Part shown: positions 19,501 to 27,878 of the stretch, piece by piece | Numbering within the stretch: the stretch's first letter is position 1 | Layout: each line of letters opens with the position of its first letter | Source of the DNA: Bacteroidia bacterium | Lineage (GTDB): Bacteria; Bacteroidota; Bacteroidia; SXHM01 | Length of the DNA: 64,000 nucleotides | Assembly (NCBI GenBank): GCA_022072225.1 | Contig: JAJVIC010000006.1 | Span: 73,785-137,784, forward strand | Direction of reading: 5' to 3' | The notes under the pieces: generated by a model | The model's input: only the letters and a program-made list of their open reading frames with translations | Told to the model about the DNA's origin: nothing | Database searches by the model: none | Position numbers and translations under genes: made by a program

Positions 19501-20091
19501 TTAAATTTCAATTTCACTCAATTTTTTTACTGATGAAATTTTTTGAAGAGTAATTAAACTTTTATTATGATCATCATCATTCGCAGCTGCGCAACAATCA
19601 GAAACGACAATTACATTAAAGTCTCTATCATGAGCATCTCTCGCAGCTGATTCAATTGCTAAGTCTGTTGCTACTCCTGAAAGGTAAACTGTGCTTATTC
19701 CTTTTGCCCTTAATATTACTTCTAAGTCGGTTCCATAAAATGCACTTACTCTTCTTTTTACTATCACTTTTTCAGTTGCAAGGGGTTTAATTTGTTCAGC
19801 AAAATTTGTTCCCCAGGTATCAGCTTGAAGTGCTTTAAATTCCTTTGCTTTTCCGAACAATGGTGAGTTTGCAGGATGTTCAATGTAATTTTCAGAAAAG
19901 GAAACTCTCACATGAAAAATTTCAAGGTTTTTATTTCTAAATTTATCCTGAAGTGATTTTACATTTAATAGAATATTGTTTTTTTCTACAAATGTTAAAT
20001 AGCCTTTCCCTGTGAGTTTTCCACCTTGTGAAACCATTTCATTGACGAAGTCAATGCAAATTAGTGCTGAGTTTTGTTTCGTTTGTTCCAT
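19501..20091 (-). CDS. Isochorismatase-family cysteine hydrolase (nicotinamidase-like)
   Basis: ALICIDFVNEMV N-terminal motif and VSDCCAA catalytic Cys region. Confidence 0.7.
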   Translation of the reverse strand: MEQTKQNSALICIDFVNEMVSQGGKLTGKGYLTFVEKNNILLNVKSLQDKFRNKNLEIFHVRVSFSENYIEHPANSPLFGKAKEFKALQADTWGTNFAEQIKPLATEKVIVKRRVSAFYGTDLEVILRAKGISTVYLSGVATDLAIESAARDAHDRDFNVIVVSDCCAAANDDDHNKSLITLQKISSVKKLSEIEI

Positions 20092-20097
20092 AATTTA

Positions 20098-20754
20098 TTA
20101 GTTATTTGAATTCATTATTGTGAGAAGGTTTTTTAGTTCATTTACTGATGCTGCAAAATATGTTGGTTTGCAACTTTGAAGATATTCTGATGGGTGGTAG
20201 CCATAGCCCACTGAAATAATATCAATTGGAACATCCCGGCAATACAGGATATCACTTTCTAAGTCTCCAACATAGACCGCATCTTCTTTTTTAATATTTA
20301 AGTCTTTTAAGAGATTAAATATTTTTTCTGTTTTTGATTGTTGTAACTCTCGGCCTGCTATTTTATAAATCGCATTTTCATTAAATGTTGCATCTTTTGT
20401 TAAAATATTTCTAACAGCTTCACTATACGAAGATGTCACTATTGAAACTTTTTTATCGCCAAGTGTGTTGAGCGTCTCAATTATGCCATAAAAGGGTTTA
20501 ATGTTTTCTGAAACTGCCTGCATACGCTCAGAATGATGATTAAAAAAGGCTTTTGTTCCTTCTTGTCCAATCCATTTGTTTAGGCATGTTTTGAGTGCAC
20601 CGGCATAAACAATAGCCATGTCATTTTTTGTTTCAACCTTTGGTAAGAGTGGAAAGAATTCATCCCTGATTTCGTTGAATTTTTCAACTGCTAATTCATA
20701 GCTGTCAGAGATTACTCCGTCAAAGTCAAAAATAAAATGTTTGTAATATTTCAC
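20098..20754 (-). CDS. HAD-superfamily hydrolase/phosphatase
   Basis: FIFDFDGVISDS motif I and VGDLESD motif IV. Confidence 0.75.
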   Translation of the reverse strand: MKYYKHFIFDFDGVISDSYELAVEKFNEIRDEFFPLLPKVETKNDMAIVYAGALKTCLNKWIGQEGTKAFFNHHSERMQAVSENIKPFYGIIETLNTLGDKKVSIVTSSYSEAVRNILTKDATFNENAIYKIAGRELQQSKTEKIFNLLKDLNIKKEDAVYVGDLESDILYCRDVPIDIISVGYGYHPSEYLQSCKPTYFAASVNELKNLLTIMNSNN

Positions 20755-20773
20755 TGGTAAATAGTTTTGGTAA

Positions 20774-21700
20774 TTATACTGGCTGATATATTGATATTAC
20801 CTCTTTCAACGTTGGCATAGAGGGGCCTGCACCTTGTCTTGTTACACATATTGAAGCTGCAACATTTGCAAACTCTATCGCATCTGTTAGTGATGCATTT
20901 TTTGAAAGTTTTGCTGCAATTGCACCAACGAAGCAGTCACCAGCTCCGGTAGTATCAATGGCTTTTACTTTTTTCCCTTCTATTTTAACTATAGTATCTT
21001 TTATGAATCCTACAGCACCTCTTTCACCAAGTGTTACAATTATTGATTGCTCGCCACTTTTGATTTTATGTACAGCGTTCGATATCGAAGCTTCGTCATT
21101 AGCATCAACCTTTTTTTCAGAAAGAACTTCGAGTTCGGTTTCATTTAATATTAAAATATCTACTAATTGTAGCAGATCCTTTGAAACTTTTTTTGCCGGT
21201 GCCGGATTTAGAATATTAATTGTTCCTGATTTTTTCCCTTTTTTAAAGAAAGCCTGTATGGTATCGGTTGGAATTTCAAATTGAGAAACTAAAATATCGC
21301 CTTTACTTATTTCAGTTTTTTCAATCTCTTTTTCAGTCAATCGAAAATTTGCTCCAGGCACAACTACGATTGTGTTGTTTGAAGTTTCAGTTGAAACAGT
21401 TATTAAGGCAGTTCCAGTTGGATTTTTTGAAGAGATTCCAATTTGATTTTTCATCCCTTGGTCTTCTAGGAACTTAATTAATTCTTTTCCAAAGCCATCA
21501 GAACCGACCATTCCTACCATAGTGGTTTTACCGCCAAGCTTGGAAGATGAAACAGCCTGGTTTGCACCTTTCCCGCCTGGAAAGTATTTTAAATCAGTTC
21601 CAAAAACTGTTTCTCCTATTTGTGGATGTTTTTTGGTTATAGCTACAATATCCATATTGATGCTACCTGCTACAATTACTTTATTCATGATGATTTCCAT
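20774..21700 (-). CDS. Ribokinase / PfkB-family sugar kinase
   Basis: VIVAGSINMDIV, GGKGANQA, DTTGAGDCFVGA motifs. Confidence 0.8.
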   Translation of the reverse strand: MEIIMNKVIVAGSINMDIVAITKKHPQIGETVFGTDLKYFPGGKGANQAVSSSKLGGKTTMVGMVGSDGFGKELIKFLEDQGMKNQIGISSKNPTGTALITVSTETSNNTIVVVPGANFRLTEKEIEKTEISKGDILVSQFEIPTDTIQAFFKKGKKSGTINILNPAPAKKVSKDLLQLVDILILNETELEVLSEKKVDANDEASISNAVHKIKSGEQSIIVTLGERGAVGFIKDTIVKIEGKKVKAIDTTGAGDCFVGAIAAKLSKNASLTDAIEFANVAASICVTRQGAGPSMPTLKEVISIYQPV

Positions 21701-22766
21701 TTAAGGTTTTTAAAACATTATTATTTTTATGAATTGTCATTAACTTAGTCTTTTTACCATTATATGGTTCTGCGACAGATTCTCTAGGAACCAGCATTGG
21801 AGTTACGGTTTCCTTTTGTTGAGGAATTTCTATTTTACTTCTTCCAGCCTCAATTCTTTTTAAAAGCATGGCAGAAGCTTTTGCAACTAATATTCTAACG
21901 GGCTGAGCAATTGTTGTCAATGCCGGGTATACCCATTTACTCATTGGAATATCGTCAAACCCAATTACTGAAAGTTGATCTGGTAATTTCCATCCAGCTT
22001 TTTGCAAACGTTGCATTAAGCCAATTGCCATTAAATCATTTGCACATATTATTGCGGTTGGTCTTTCTTCTGGTTTCATCTCAATTAATCTATCAGCGCA
22101 TTCGATTCCAGTGCCAATTTTATAGTCGCCTTCAAAAATAAATTTAGGCTCTATTTTTATTCTGTTTGCCGCCATAGCTTCTTCAAAAGCTTCATGCCTT
22201 TGCTTCGCTGTAAACGTTCCTTTAAGGCCTTTCAAATACGCAATCTTTTGATGTCCTTTTGTAAATAAATAATCGACCGATTGCAATGTTCCTTTTTTAC
22301 TATCTATAGCAACATAATCGAAATTTCTACTTTCTAGTTGCCTATCGAAAGACAATACCGGCAAATTATGGTGGTTGGCAATAAGAGAACTATAAAGCTC
22401 ATCATTTTGATTTCCCGAATTAATATAGATTAAGCCAGAAATGCCGAGCCCTTTATAACGATCAATAATTTGTAGGTCCTTACTTAATTTGCCATCAGAA
22501 TTAGCAATAAGTAAATGCCAACCGTGTCTTTCAAATTCCTTTTCAAATTCAAAAGCGATAGAGGTGAAATACGGGTTATCCGCATCGGGAATAATTAATC
22601 CAATAACTCTTTCTACTGGCAAACTCGTGCCTAAATCTTTAAGTGCTTTGGTTATTTTTTTTCCAATTTCTGGGCGGACTTTAAATTTTTTATCAAAAAA
22701 TCTAGTAACTGAGGATTTGGATACTCCTGCTACTTCCGCTATATCTTTATATTTTGTATTGTTCAT
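21681..22766 (-). CDS. LacI-family transcriptional regulator
   Basis: N-terminal HTH KDIAEVAGVSKSSVTRFF plus periplasmic-binding-fold sugar-binding domain. Confidence 0.8.
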   Translation of the reverse strand: MNNTKYKDIAEVAGVSKSSVTRFFDKKFKVRPEIGKKITKALKDLGTSLPVERVIGLIIPDADNPYFTSIAFEFEKEFERHGWHLLIANSDGKLSKDLQIIDRYKGLGISGLIYINSGNQNDELYSSLIANHHNLPVLSFDRQLESRNFDYVAIDSKKGTLQSVDYLFTKGHQKIAYLKGLKGTFTAKQRHEAFEEAMAANRIKIEPKFIFEGDYKIGTGIECADRLIEMKPEERPTAIICANDLMAIGLMQRLQKAGWKLPDQLSVIGFDDIPMSKWVYPALTTIAQPVRILVAKASAMLLKRIEAGRSKIEIPQQKETVTPMLVPRESVAEPYNGKKTKLMTIHKNNNVLKTLNGNHHE

Positions 22767-22778
22767 ATTTATAGGTTT

Positions 22779-23507
22779 TTAGTTATTGGTGCCGGTTCTT
22801 TTTTGTCTGTCAATCAGGAACTGAAAATTGAAAATGTGATGTTTAGGATTTTGATAAAAGAACAAAAGTTCATCCTTAATCTCAGAATCAATAATATCCT
22901 GGCTAACCGCTTCGTTGAGAATTTGAGGGTAGCTAACTAAGGCCTTAATAGGAATATTTAACCTTCGGAACCTTTCTTTCATGTGGTTAAAATTCCAGTT
23001 AACAATGCTTTGAACACCAACAACATTTATCTGTTTTTCTTCACGTAAAGACTTTATTGCTTCTTCCAAGCTTTCTCCGGAAGCAACTAAATCATCAACA
23101 ACCACAGCAGTTACATTCTTTAAGTTACCGGGAGCTCCAACAAAGCGTCCTTCATCAACTCCATGTTCTTTCGCTTTTTTTCTTACAAATGCAGTTGGTA
23201 GCCCCATATCAGAAGCGACAGTGCTGCTCCATTGAATTCCCGCAGCTTCAACTCCTACAATTAGCTCAACTCCGGGAAAGTTATTTTTTATTGAGCTAAC
23301 GAGTGATTGAACTACTACTGCCGTTGAGCCCGGATTCCCCATTAAGTAGCGGCAATTTGTATAAACCGGAGCTTCAATTCCGCTTTTCCATTTAAACCAC
23401 TTTGTTTTATCTAAAAGTGAGTCAGTGTCTTTTATAAGATAACTGCCTGAATTGAGTAGTGCTCTGGCAACTTGTTCTGTTGTTGGCTGGTAAATAAGTT
23501 CTTGCAT
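22779..23507 (-). CDS. Phosphoribosyltransferase (type I PRTase fold)
   Basis: AVVVDDLVASGESL PRPP-binding motif. Start probably MQELIYQ (internal to the 272-aa ORF). Confidence 0.65.
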   Translation of the reverse strand: MQELIYQPTTEQVARALLNSGSYLIKDTDSLLDKTKWFKWKSGIEAPVYTNCRYLMGNPGSTAVVVQSLVSSIKNNFPGVELIVGVEAAGIQWSSTVASDMGLPTAFVRKKAKEHGVDEGRFVGAPGNLKNVTAVVVDDLVASGESLEEAIKSLREEKQINVVGVQSIVNWNFNHMKERFRRLNIPIKALVSYPQILNEAVSQDIIDSEIKDELLFFYQNPKHHIFNFQFLIDRQKRTGTNN

Positions 23508-23723
23508 TTTGATTTGGGTTTTTAAGTTTGGTCCCAAAGGTATGAAGTTTATCTGAAAACTGAAATTAATTTCAGTTTTCAGATAAACTAAAAACATAAT
23601 CGCTTGATTATGACCAAGAAAAAATAATGACCCAACATATAATTAGATCAAAAAGTTCTACGATATATTTTTTGTCACGTAACTTGATTACTGTGACTTT
23701 AAATAATTCTTAAGATATAAGTC

Positions 23724-23885
23724 TTACCCCGCAAGAAATAATAGAAAACCAAAAAAGCCCATTACGACTATAGTAAACAACATATGCAGGCATTTATCAT
23801 TATCACTCAGTTTCAAAAACTCAGGATCATTCGGATTCGTTGGAGCGAAAATTAAATCGTGCAAACTTGCAATCCACGTTTTCAT
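23724..23885 (-). CDS. Small membrane peptide (53 aa), cassette copy 1
   Basis: MKTWIASLHDLIFAPTNPNDPEFLKLSDNDKCLHMLFTIVVMGFFGFLLFLAG. ATGA overlap with upstream 73-aa gene. Homologue at 62611..62769. Confidence 0.5.
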   Translation of the reverse strand: MKTWIASLHDLIFAPTNPNDPEFLKLSDNDKCLHMLFTIVVMGFFGFLLFLAG

Positions 23886-24103
23886 GCTTGCTGTTTTAGT
23901 TGGTATGGTGCAAATGCCCGAATATCCTTAATGTAATTTTCTTCAACCGGGTAATCCACTTCAACTATGAATCCATACAGCATATACAGCTTATATATTG
24001 CCTTGTTGTAGTCCACAATTTCATAAAAATACTTACCTCTCTTCCAAAGCATATCGCCTCGGTCATCAAGGGAAAGCGTATTAAAATCTATAGCTGTTAC
24101 CAT
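23882..24103 (-). CDS. Small conserved protein (73 aa), cassette copy 1
   Basis: Homologous to 62774..62998 (LSLxxRxxxxxxKGKYxxExVxY...YxLLYxFVVEV). Translationally coupled to downstream membrane peptide. Confidence 0.5.
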   Translation of the reverse strand: MVTAIDFNTLSLDDRGDMLWKRGKYFYEIVDYNKAIYKLYMLYGFIVEVDYPVEENYIKDIRAFAPYQLKQQA

Positions 24104-24116
24104 GTTTCCAAAGATA

Positions 24117-24350
24117 TTACTTTAAAGAAGTAAAGAAATCAGGTAATGAAATTTTGTGAGCATCCAACACTTTGAGAAAAGTCTCTATGGTAAAATTCGT
24201 CCCTTTCTCCATACGCCAATACTGTATTCGGGATATTTCATGATCGAATGCAAATTTTTCTAACGATTTATACCCTGAGTCCTTTCGCATTTCACGTAGT
24301 TTTTTAGCAATTTGAGTAATCCGCTTGTCTAATTTCTTTGTTTCTTTCAT
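24117..24350 (-). CDS. XRE-family HTH regulator
   Basis: KRITQIAKKLREMRKDSGYKSLEKFAFDHEISRIQYWRMEKG. Start probably MKETKK. Confidence 0.6.
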   Translation of the reverse strand: MKETKKLDKRITQIAKKLREMRKDSGYKSLEKFAFDHEISRIQYWRMEKGTNFTIETFLKVLDAHKISLPDFFTSLK

Positions 24351-24459
24351 GGTGCAAACATAAAAAATAGTTATCAACAACGATACATCATATAAGATAC
24401 TTTTTTATCTTTACTTTCATAATCAAAGACATAATTTTTTAAACTTTAAAATCAGACTC

Positions 24460-25986
24460 ATGAGTAAAGATGTCGGACTATGGATTAGAGTATCTACTGA
24501 AGATCAGGCACAAAGTGACAGCCCTGAACACCACGAGAAACGTGCCCGTATGTATGCGGAAATAAAAAACTGGAATGTGCGAGAAGTATATTATTTGCTC
24601 GGGGTCAGTGGTAAGTCTGTCATGGAACATCCTGAAACAAAAAGGATGCTTGCAGATATTCAGGCAAGGAAAATCACTGGTTTGGTATTTTCAAAGCTTG
24701 CCAGGCTTTCCCGTAACCTGAAAGAACTGACTGAATTTTCTCAAATCTTCGGAAGTAATCATGCTGACCTTATCAGCTTGGATGAAAGCATCGACACGTC
24801 AACCCCTGCCGGTCGGATGTTCTATAATATTATGGGGTCGCTCAGCCAATGGGAACGGGAAGAAATCGCAAACAGAGTTGCAAAGTCCATTCCTGTTCGG
24901 GCTAAGCTCGGAAAGTCGCTTGGTGGTGAAGCACCCTTTGGCTACAAATGGATAGATAAAAAGCTTGAACTGGATGAAAAAGAAGCCCCGATTCGGAAAC
25001 TTCTCCATGAACTTTTTGCCGAACACAAGCGGAAACGTACAGTTGCCAATATGCTCAATGAAAAAGGGTATCGCACTAGGAATGGCAGCAAGTTTTCAGA
25101 TACCACCATAGACCGCCTATTAAAGGATCCTGCTGCAAAAGGTCTGAGGCGTGTAAACTATACTAAGAGTTCCGGTCTCAACAAAAAGTGGGAACTGAAG
25201 CCAAAAGAAGATTGGGTATTTCAAGAAGTGCCTCGCATCGTATCGGATGAACTTTGGGAAAAATGCAATCAAATTCTCGATGCAATTTCATCGAGCAAAA
25301 CTAAGGTCAGAAAAAGAACAATTCATCTTTTTAGCAGCGTTTTGCAATGCGATTGTGGCGAAAAAATGTACATGAGAAGCAAATCGCCAAAATATGTTTG
25401 CCGGAAATGCAAAAACAAAATTGGTCCGCAGGATTTGGAAGAAATTTATCACAGTCAGTTGAAACAACTTCTCTTTTCCGAAACTGAACTGGAAAAGCAT
25501 TTGCAAACGGAACAATCTCAAATCGGTGACAAAAAACAACTGATTGAAATATTAGTTGCAGATATTCAGAAACTGCATACCAAAATAAAAGACACTTTTG
25601 AGTTATACCATGAAGGTAAAATTCAAAAGGATGCGTTTGAAAGCTATCATAAGCCGTTATATGATGAATTGAAACAAAAAGAAATGACACTGAACGAAAC
25701 CCAAGCTTACATTGACAGTATACAGGTTCAATCACTTTCAAACGAACAAGTCCTTCACGATGCTCGTGATTTATATGCTCATTGGATTCAATTCTCCAAT
25801 GAAGAAAAGAAAACCATAATAGAAGCTATTACAGAGAATATCATTATTAGTGAAAGGGATATTACCATAAACCTTTCCTACATTCCTACGCTGACTCATG
25901 ATGCTGGGGCGACTATGAATCCAAATACTGCAATTGTATTACCCATATTGGTGCAATTAAGCAATGAACGTACATGGTTGCGTTGA
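24460..25986 (+). CDS. Large serine recombinase (third copy in window, distinct lineage)
   Basis: GLWIRVSTEDQ catalytic motif, FSKLARLSRN, recombinase domain, zinc ribbon CDCGEKMYMRSKSPKYVCRKCKNKI, coiled-coil C-terminus. Confidence 0.85.
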   Translation: MSKDVGLWIRVSTEDQAQSDSPEHHEKRARMYAEIKNWNVREVYYLLGVSGKSVMEHPETKRMLADIQARKITGLVFSKLARLSRNLKELTEFSQIFGSNHADLISLDESIDTSTPAGRMFYNIMGSLSQWEREEIANRVAKSIPVRAKLGKSLGGEAPFGYKWIDKKLELDEKEAPIRKLLHELFAEHKRKRTVANMLNEKGYRTRNGSKFSDTTIDRLLKDPAAKGLRRVNYTKSSGLNKKWELKPKEDWVFQEVPRIVSDELWEKCNQILDAISSSKTKVRKRTIHLFSSVLQCDCGEKMYMRSKSPKYVCRKCKNKIGPQDLEEIYHSQLKQLLFSETELEKHLQTEQSQIGDKKQLIEILVADIQKLHTKIKDTFELYHEGKIQKDAFESYHKPLYDELKQKEMTLNETQAYIDSIQVQSLSNEQVLHDARDLYAHWIQFSNEEKKTIIEAITENIIISERDITINLSYIPTLTHDAGATMNPNTAIVLPILVQLSNERTWLR

Positions 25987-26426
25987 GAACCTGTAGTTTT
26001 GTCCTGAAGGTTCAAAAGCCAAAACATGAGGCATATCCGAAGGAATTAGAAACGATTGGAGACCATATCCGGGCAAAGCGAATGGATTTAGGGTTACTGC
26101 AAAAAGATGTGGCTAATATATTCAATGTTTGCGAAGCTACACTTACAGGGTGGGAATTGAATCGCTTTACCCCGACTCACAAATACTTTAAAAGCATAGT
26201 CACTTTTTTAGGGTATGTTCCCAAAGAATGGAGAGAAGGGTCACTCGGCACACGATTAAAGTATGCTCGTCTCTTATCTGGACTTACACAAGAACAATTG
26301 GCAAAAAGGGTTGGATGTGACGAATCAAACCTCCGGGTTATAGAACTAAACAAACGAACTCCCAGGAATGAAACCTTAATAAAAGTTACAGGGTTTATTC
26401 AGGATTCTTTTTTACTTAAAAAGTAA
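25974..26426 (+). CDS. Tandem HTH_XRE-domain protein
   Basis: Two HTH units (LGLLQKDVANIFNVCEATLTGWE and LTQEQLAKRVGCDESNLRVIE). 13-nt overlap with recombinase gene. Confidence 0.6.
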   Translation: MVALRTCSFVLKVQKPKHEAYPKELETIGDHIRAKRMDLGLLQKDVANIFNVCEATLTGWELNRFTPTHKYFKSIVTFLGYVPKEWREGSLGTRLKYARLLSGLTQEQLAKRVGCDESNLRVIELNKRTPRNETLIKVTGFIQDSFLLKK

Positions 26427-26430
26427 GACA

Positions 26431-26775
26431 CTATACCGTCTTTGAATCAATTACAGAAAACTTTATTATAGTAGCTGTATCTCCGGTATTATTCCAAATA
26501 TATGAATCAAGTCCCCAATAGAAATTGTGAGTCAAAGTGCCTGCTTGGTTCTTGGTAGCCTCATACTTTCCTTTTGAAGTATGCACTCTAATAAAATCAC
26601 CTTTATTTATTTTCATTTTAGGGAAATGAAAGAAGTGATGTTTCTTTTTAGAGGGTGTGCCGCTATTATCGAAAATACGATCAATTAAGGCATAATCTCC
26701 AATGTTTACGTCCTCTATTACATTGATAACTACATATTCATTTTCTTTATCAAGCCTGTTAATTTTTAAGCTCAT
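26431..26775 (-). CDS. Hypothetical protein (114 aa)
   Basis: ORF only. His-rich patch HHFFHFP. Confidence 0.35.
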   Translation of the reverse strand: MSLKINRLDKENEYVVINVIEDVNIGDYALIDRIFDNSGTPSKKKHHFFHFPKMKINKGDFIRVHTSKGKYEATKNQAGTLTHNFYWGLDSYIWNNTGDTATIIKFSVIDSKTV

Positions 26776-27346
26776 GTCTGGTTTTGTTTAAATCAAAGGT
26801 AATAAAGCTACTTAAAATCGCACATGGCTCCTGAATTTATTTTTCACTAAACCGCTAATTTGTAGGTAGGCGAAATATTTGTCCGTGAGAGTTCTTAATC
26901 GAAGTGGCAAGTGCGATTGCTAAGAACTCTTTTTTGACAAATATTTCGTCCTGTGTGTCGGCTGATTATTTGGAAACGAGAATACTTTTTTTAACGGATA
27001 CATCGCCTGCTGCCTTTTTCAGGCAGAGGCAAGCCACTGATTTGTGCGTAGGTGTCTTGCCATAGCTTTTTCTAAAACAATGCTGAACTTTCAGCCAGCG
27101 TTTTTTAGAAAAAGCGGCAGGCATCAAATAACTCTAAAGTGGTTTGAAAATGAATTTAACAGAAATTCACTTTTCAAATCTCTTTTAGCTCTATATCAGC
27201 CGTAAATCGCTTTTCAAAAAGTCAGTCTTCGGATACGAAGGCGCTTTTTGAAATGGGATTGAAGGCGATTCTATAGATTTCTAATTCATATTTCTTATTA
27301 AAATTTAATACCAGAAAATCATCTTACTCCTGAACATATTTATATC
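26776..27346. other. 570-bp GC-richer intergenic region with multiple long inverted repeats; candidate ncRNA and/or recombinase attachment region
   Basis: Arms CGAAATATTTGTC/GACAAATATTTCG flank AGAGTTCTTA/TAAGAACTCT (26870..26950). GCTTTTTCTAAAA...TTTTAGAAAAAGC spans 27066..27118. No ORF >60 aa in this stretch in the supplied six-frame track. Confidence 0.35.
27227..27250 (+). terminator. Intrinsic terminator on + strand with no upstream protein gene
   Basis: CTTCG-gata-CGAAG GCGC TTTTTG. The nearest upstream +-strand CDS ends 800 bp away, implying a non-coding transcript. Confidence 0.45.
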
Positions 27347-27877
27347 CTATTCGTTGTTCTTATTTTCACGTGTTTGTAAGAGTTTACCTTTCTCGTATGT
27401 TTCTTCTTTAATTATTACTCCAGTTTCGGAATAATATTTCCAAATACCGGTCTTTACAGCATTTTTATAAATTCCTTCAATTTGAATCTGACCATTATCG
27501 TAATAAAATATTGCCCCCCCTTCTTCATAACCATCTTTCCAAAAAGTTTTTTGGGATAACTTTCCATTTTCATAAAACCCTTTTGTTTCGCCATCTTGCT
27601 TACCATTTTGCATTTGAGAAATAGACATGGTATCCCCATCTTCATAATATTGAATAATTAGACCATTTATTTCTCCTTCTTTCCAATAGGTTTCATGTTT
27701 TTTCCCACCGCTCTTATAAAATCCTGTTTGGATTCCATTTAACTTTCCATTTTGATATTGTTTTATTTCGATTAAATGACCGTCAACATCATATTGTTTT
27801 ATTTCCCCGTCCTTAATTTTACAGGATAAAATAAAACACAAAAAACAGACATTTAGTATATAAAATTTTTTTCTCAT
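27347..27877 (-). CDS. MORN-variant (YwqK-like) repeat lipoprotein; candidate immunity protein
   Basis: Lipobox ILSC. Repeated G-x-Y/W-x-x-Y-Y/F-x-N-G units (GFYKSGGKKHETYWKEG, KGFYENGKLSQKTFWKDG, AIFYYDNGQ). Sits 2 nt downstream of the toxin-like gene. Confidence 0.6.
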   Translation of the reverse strand: MRKKFYILNVCFLCFILSCKIKDGEIKQYDVDGHLIEIKQYQNGKLNGIQTGFYKSGGKKHETYWKEGEINGLIIQYYEDGDTMSISQMQNGKQDGETKGFYENGKLSQKTFWKDGYEEGGAIFYYDNGQIQIEGIYKNAVKTGIWKYYSETGVIIKEETYEKGKLLQTRENKNNE

Positions 27878-27878
27878 A

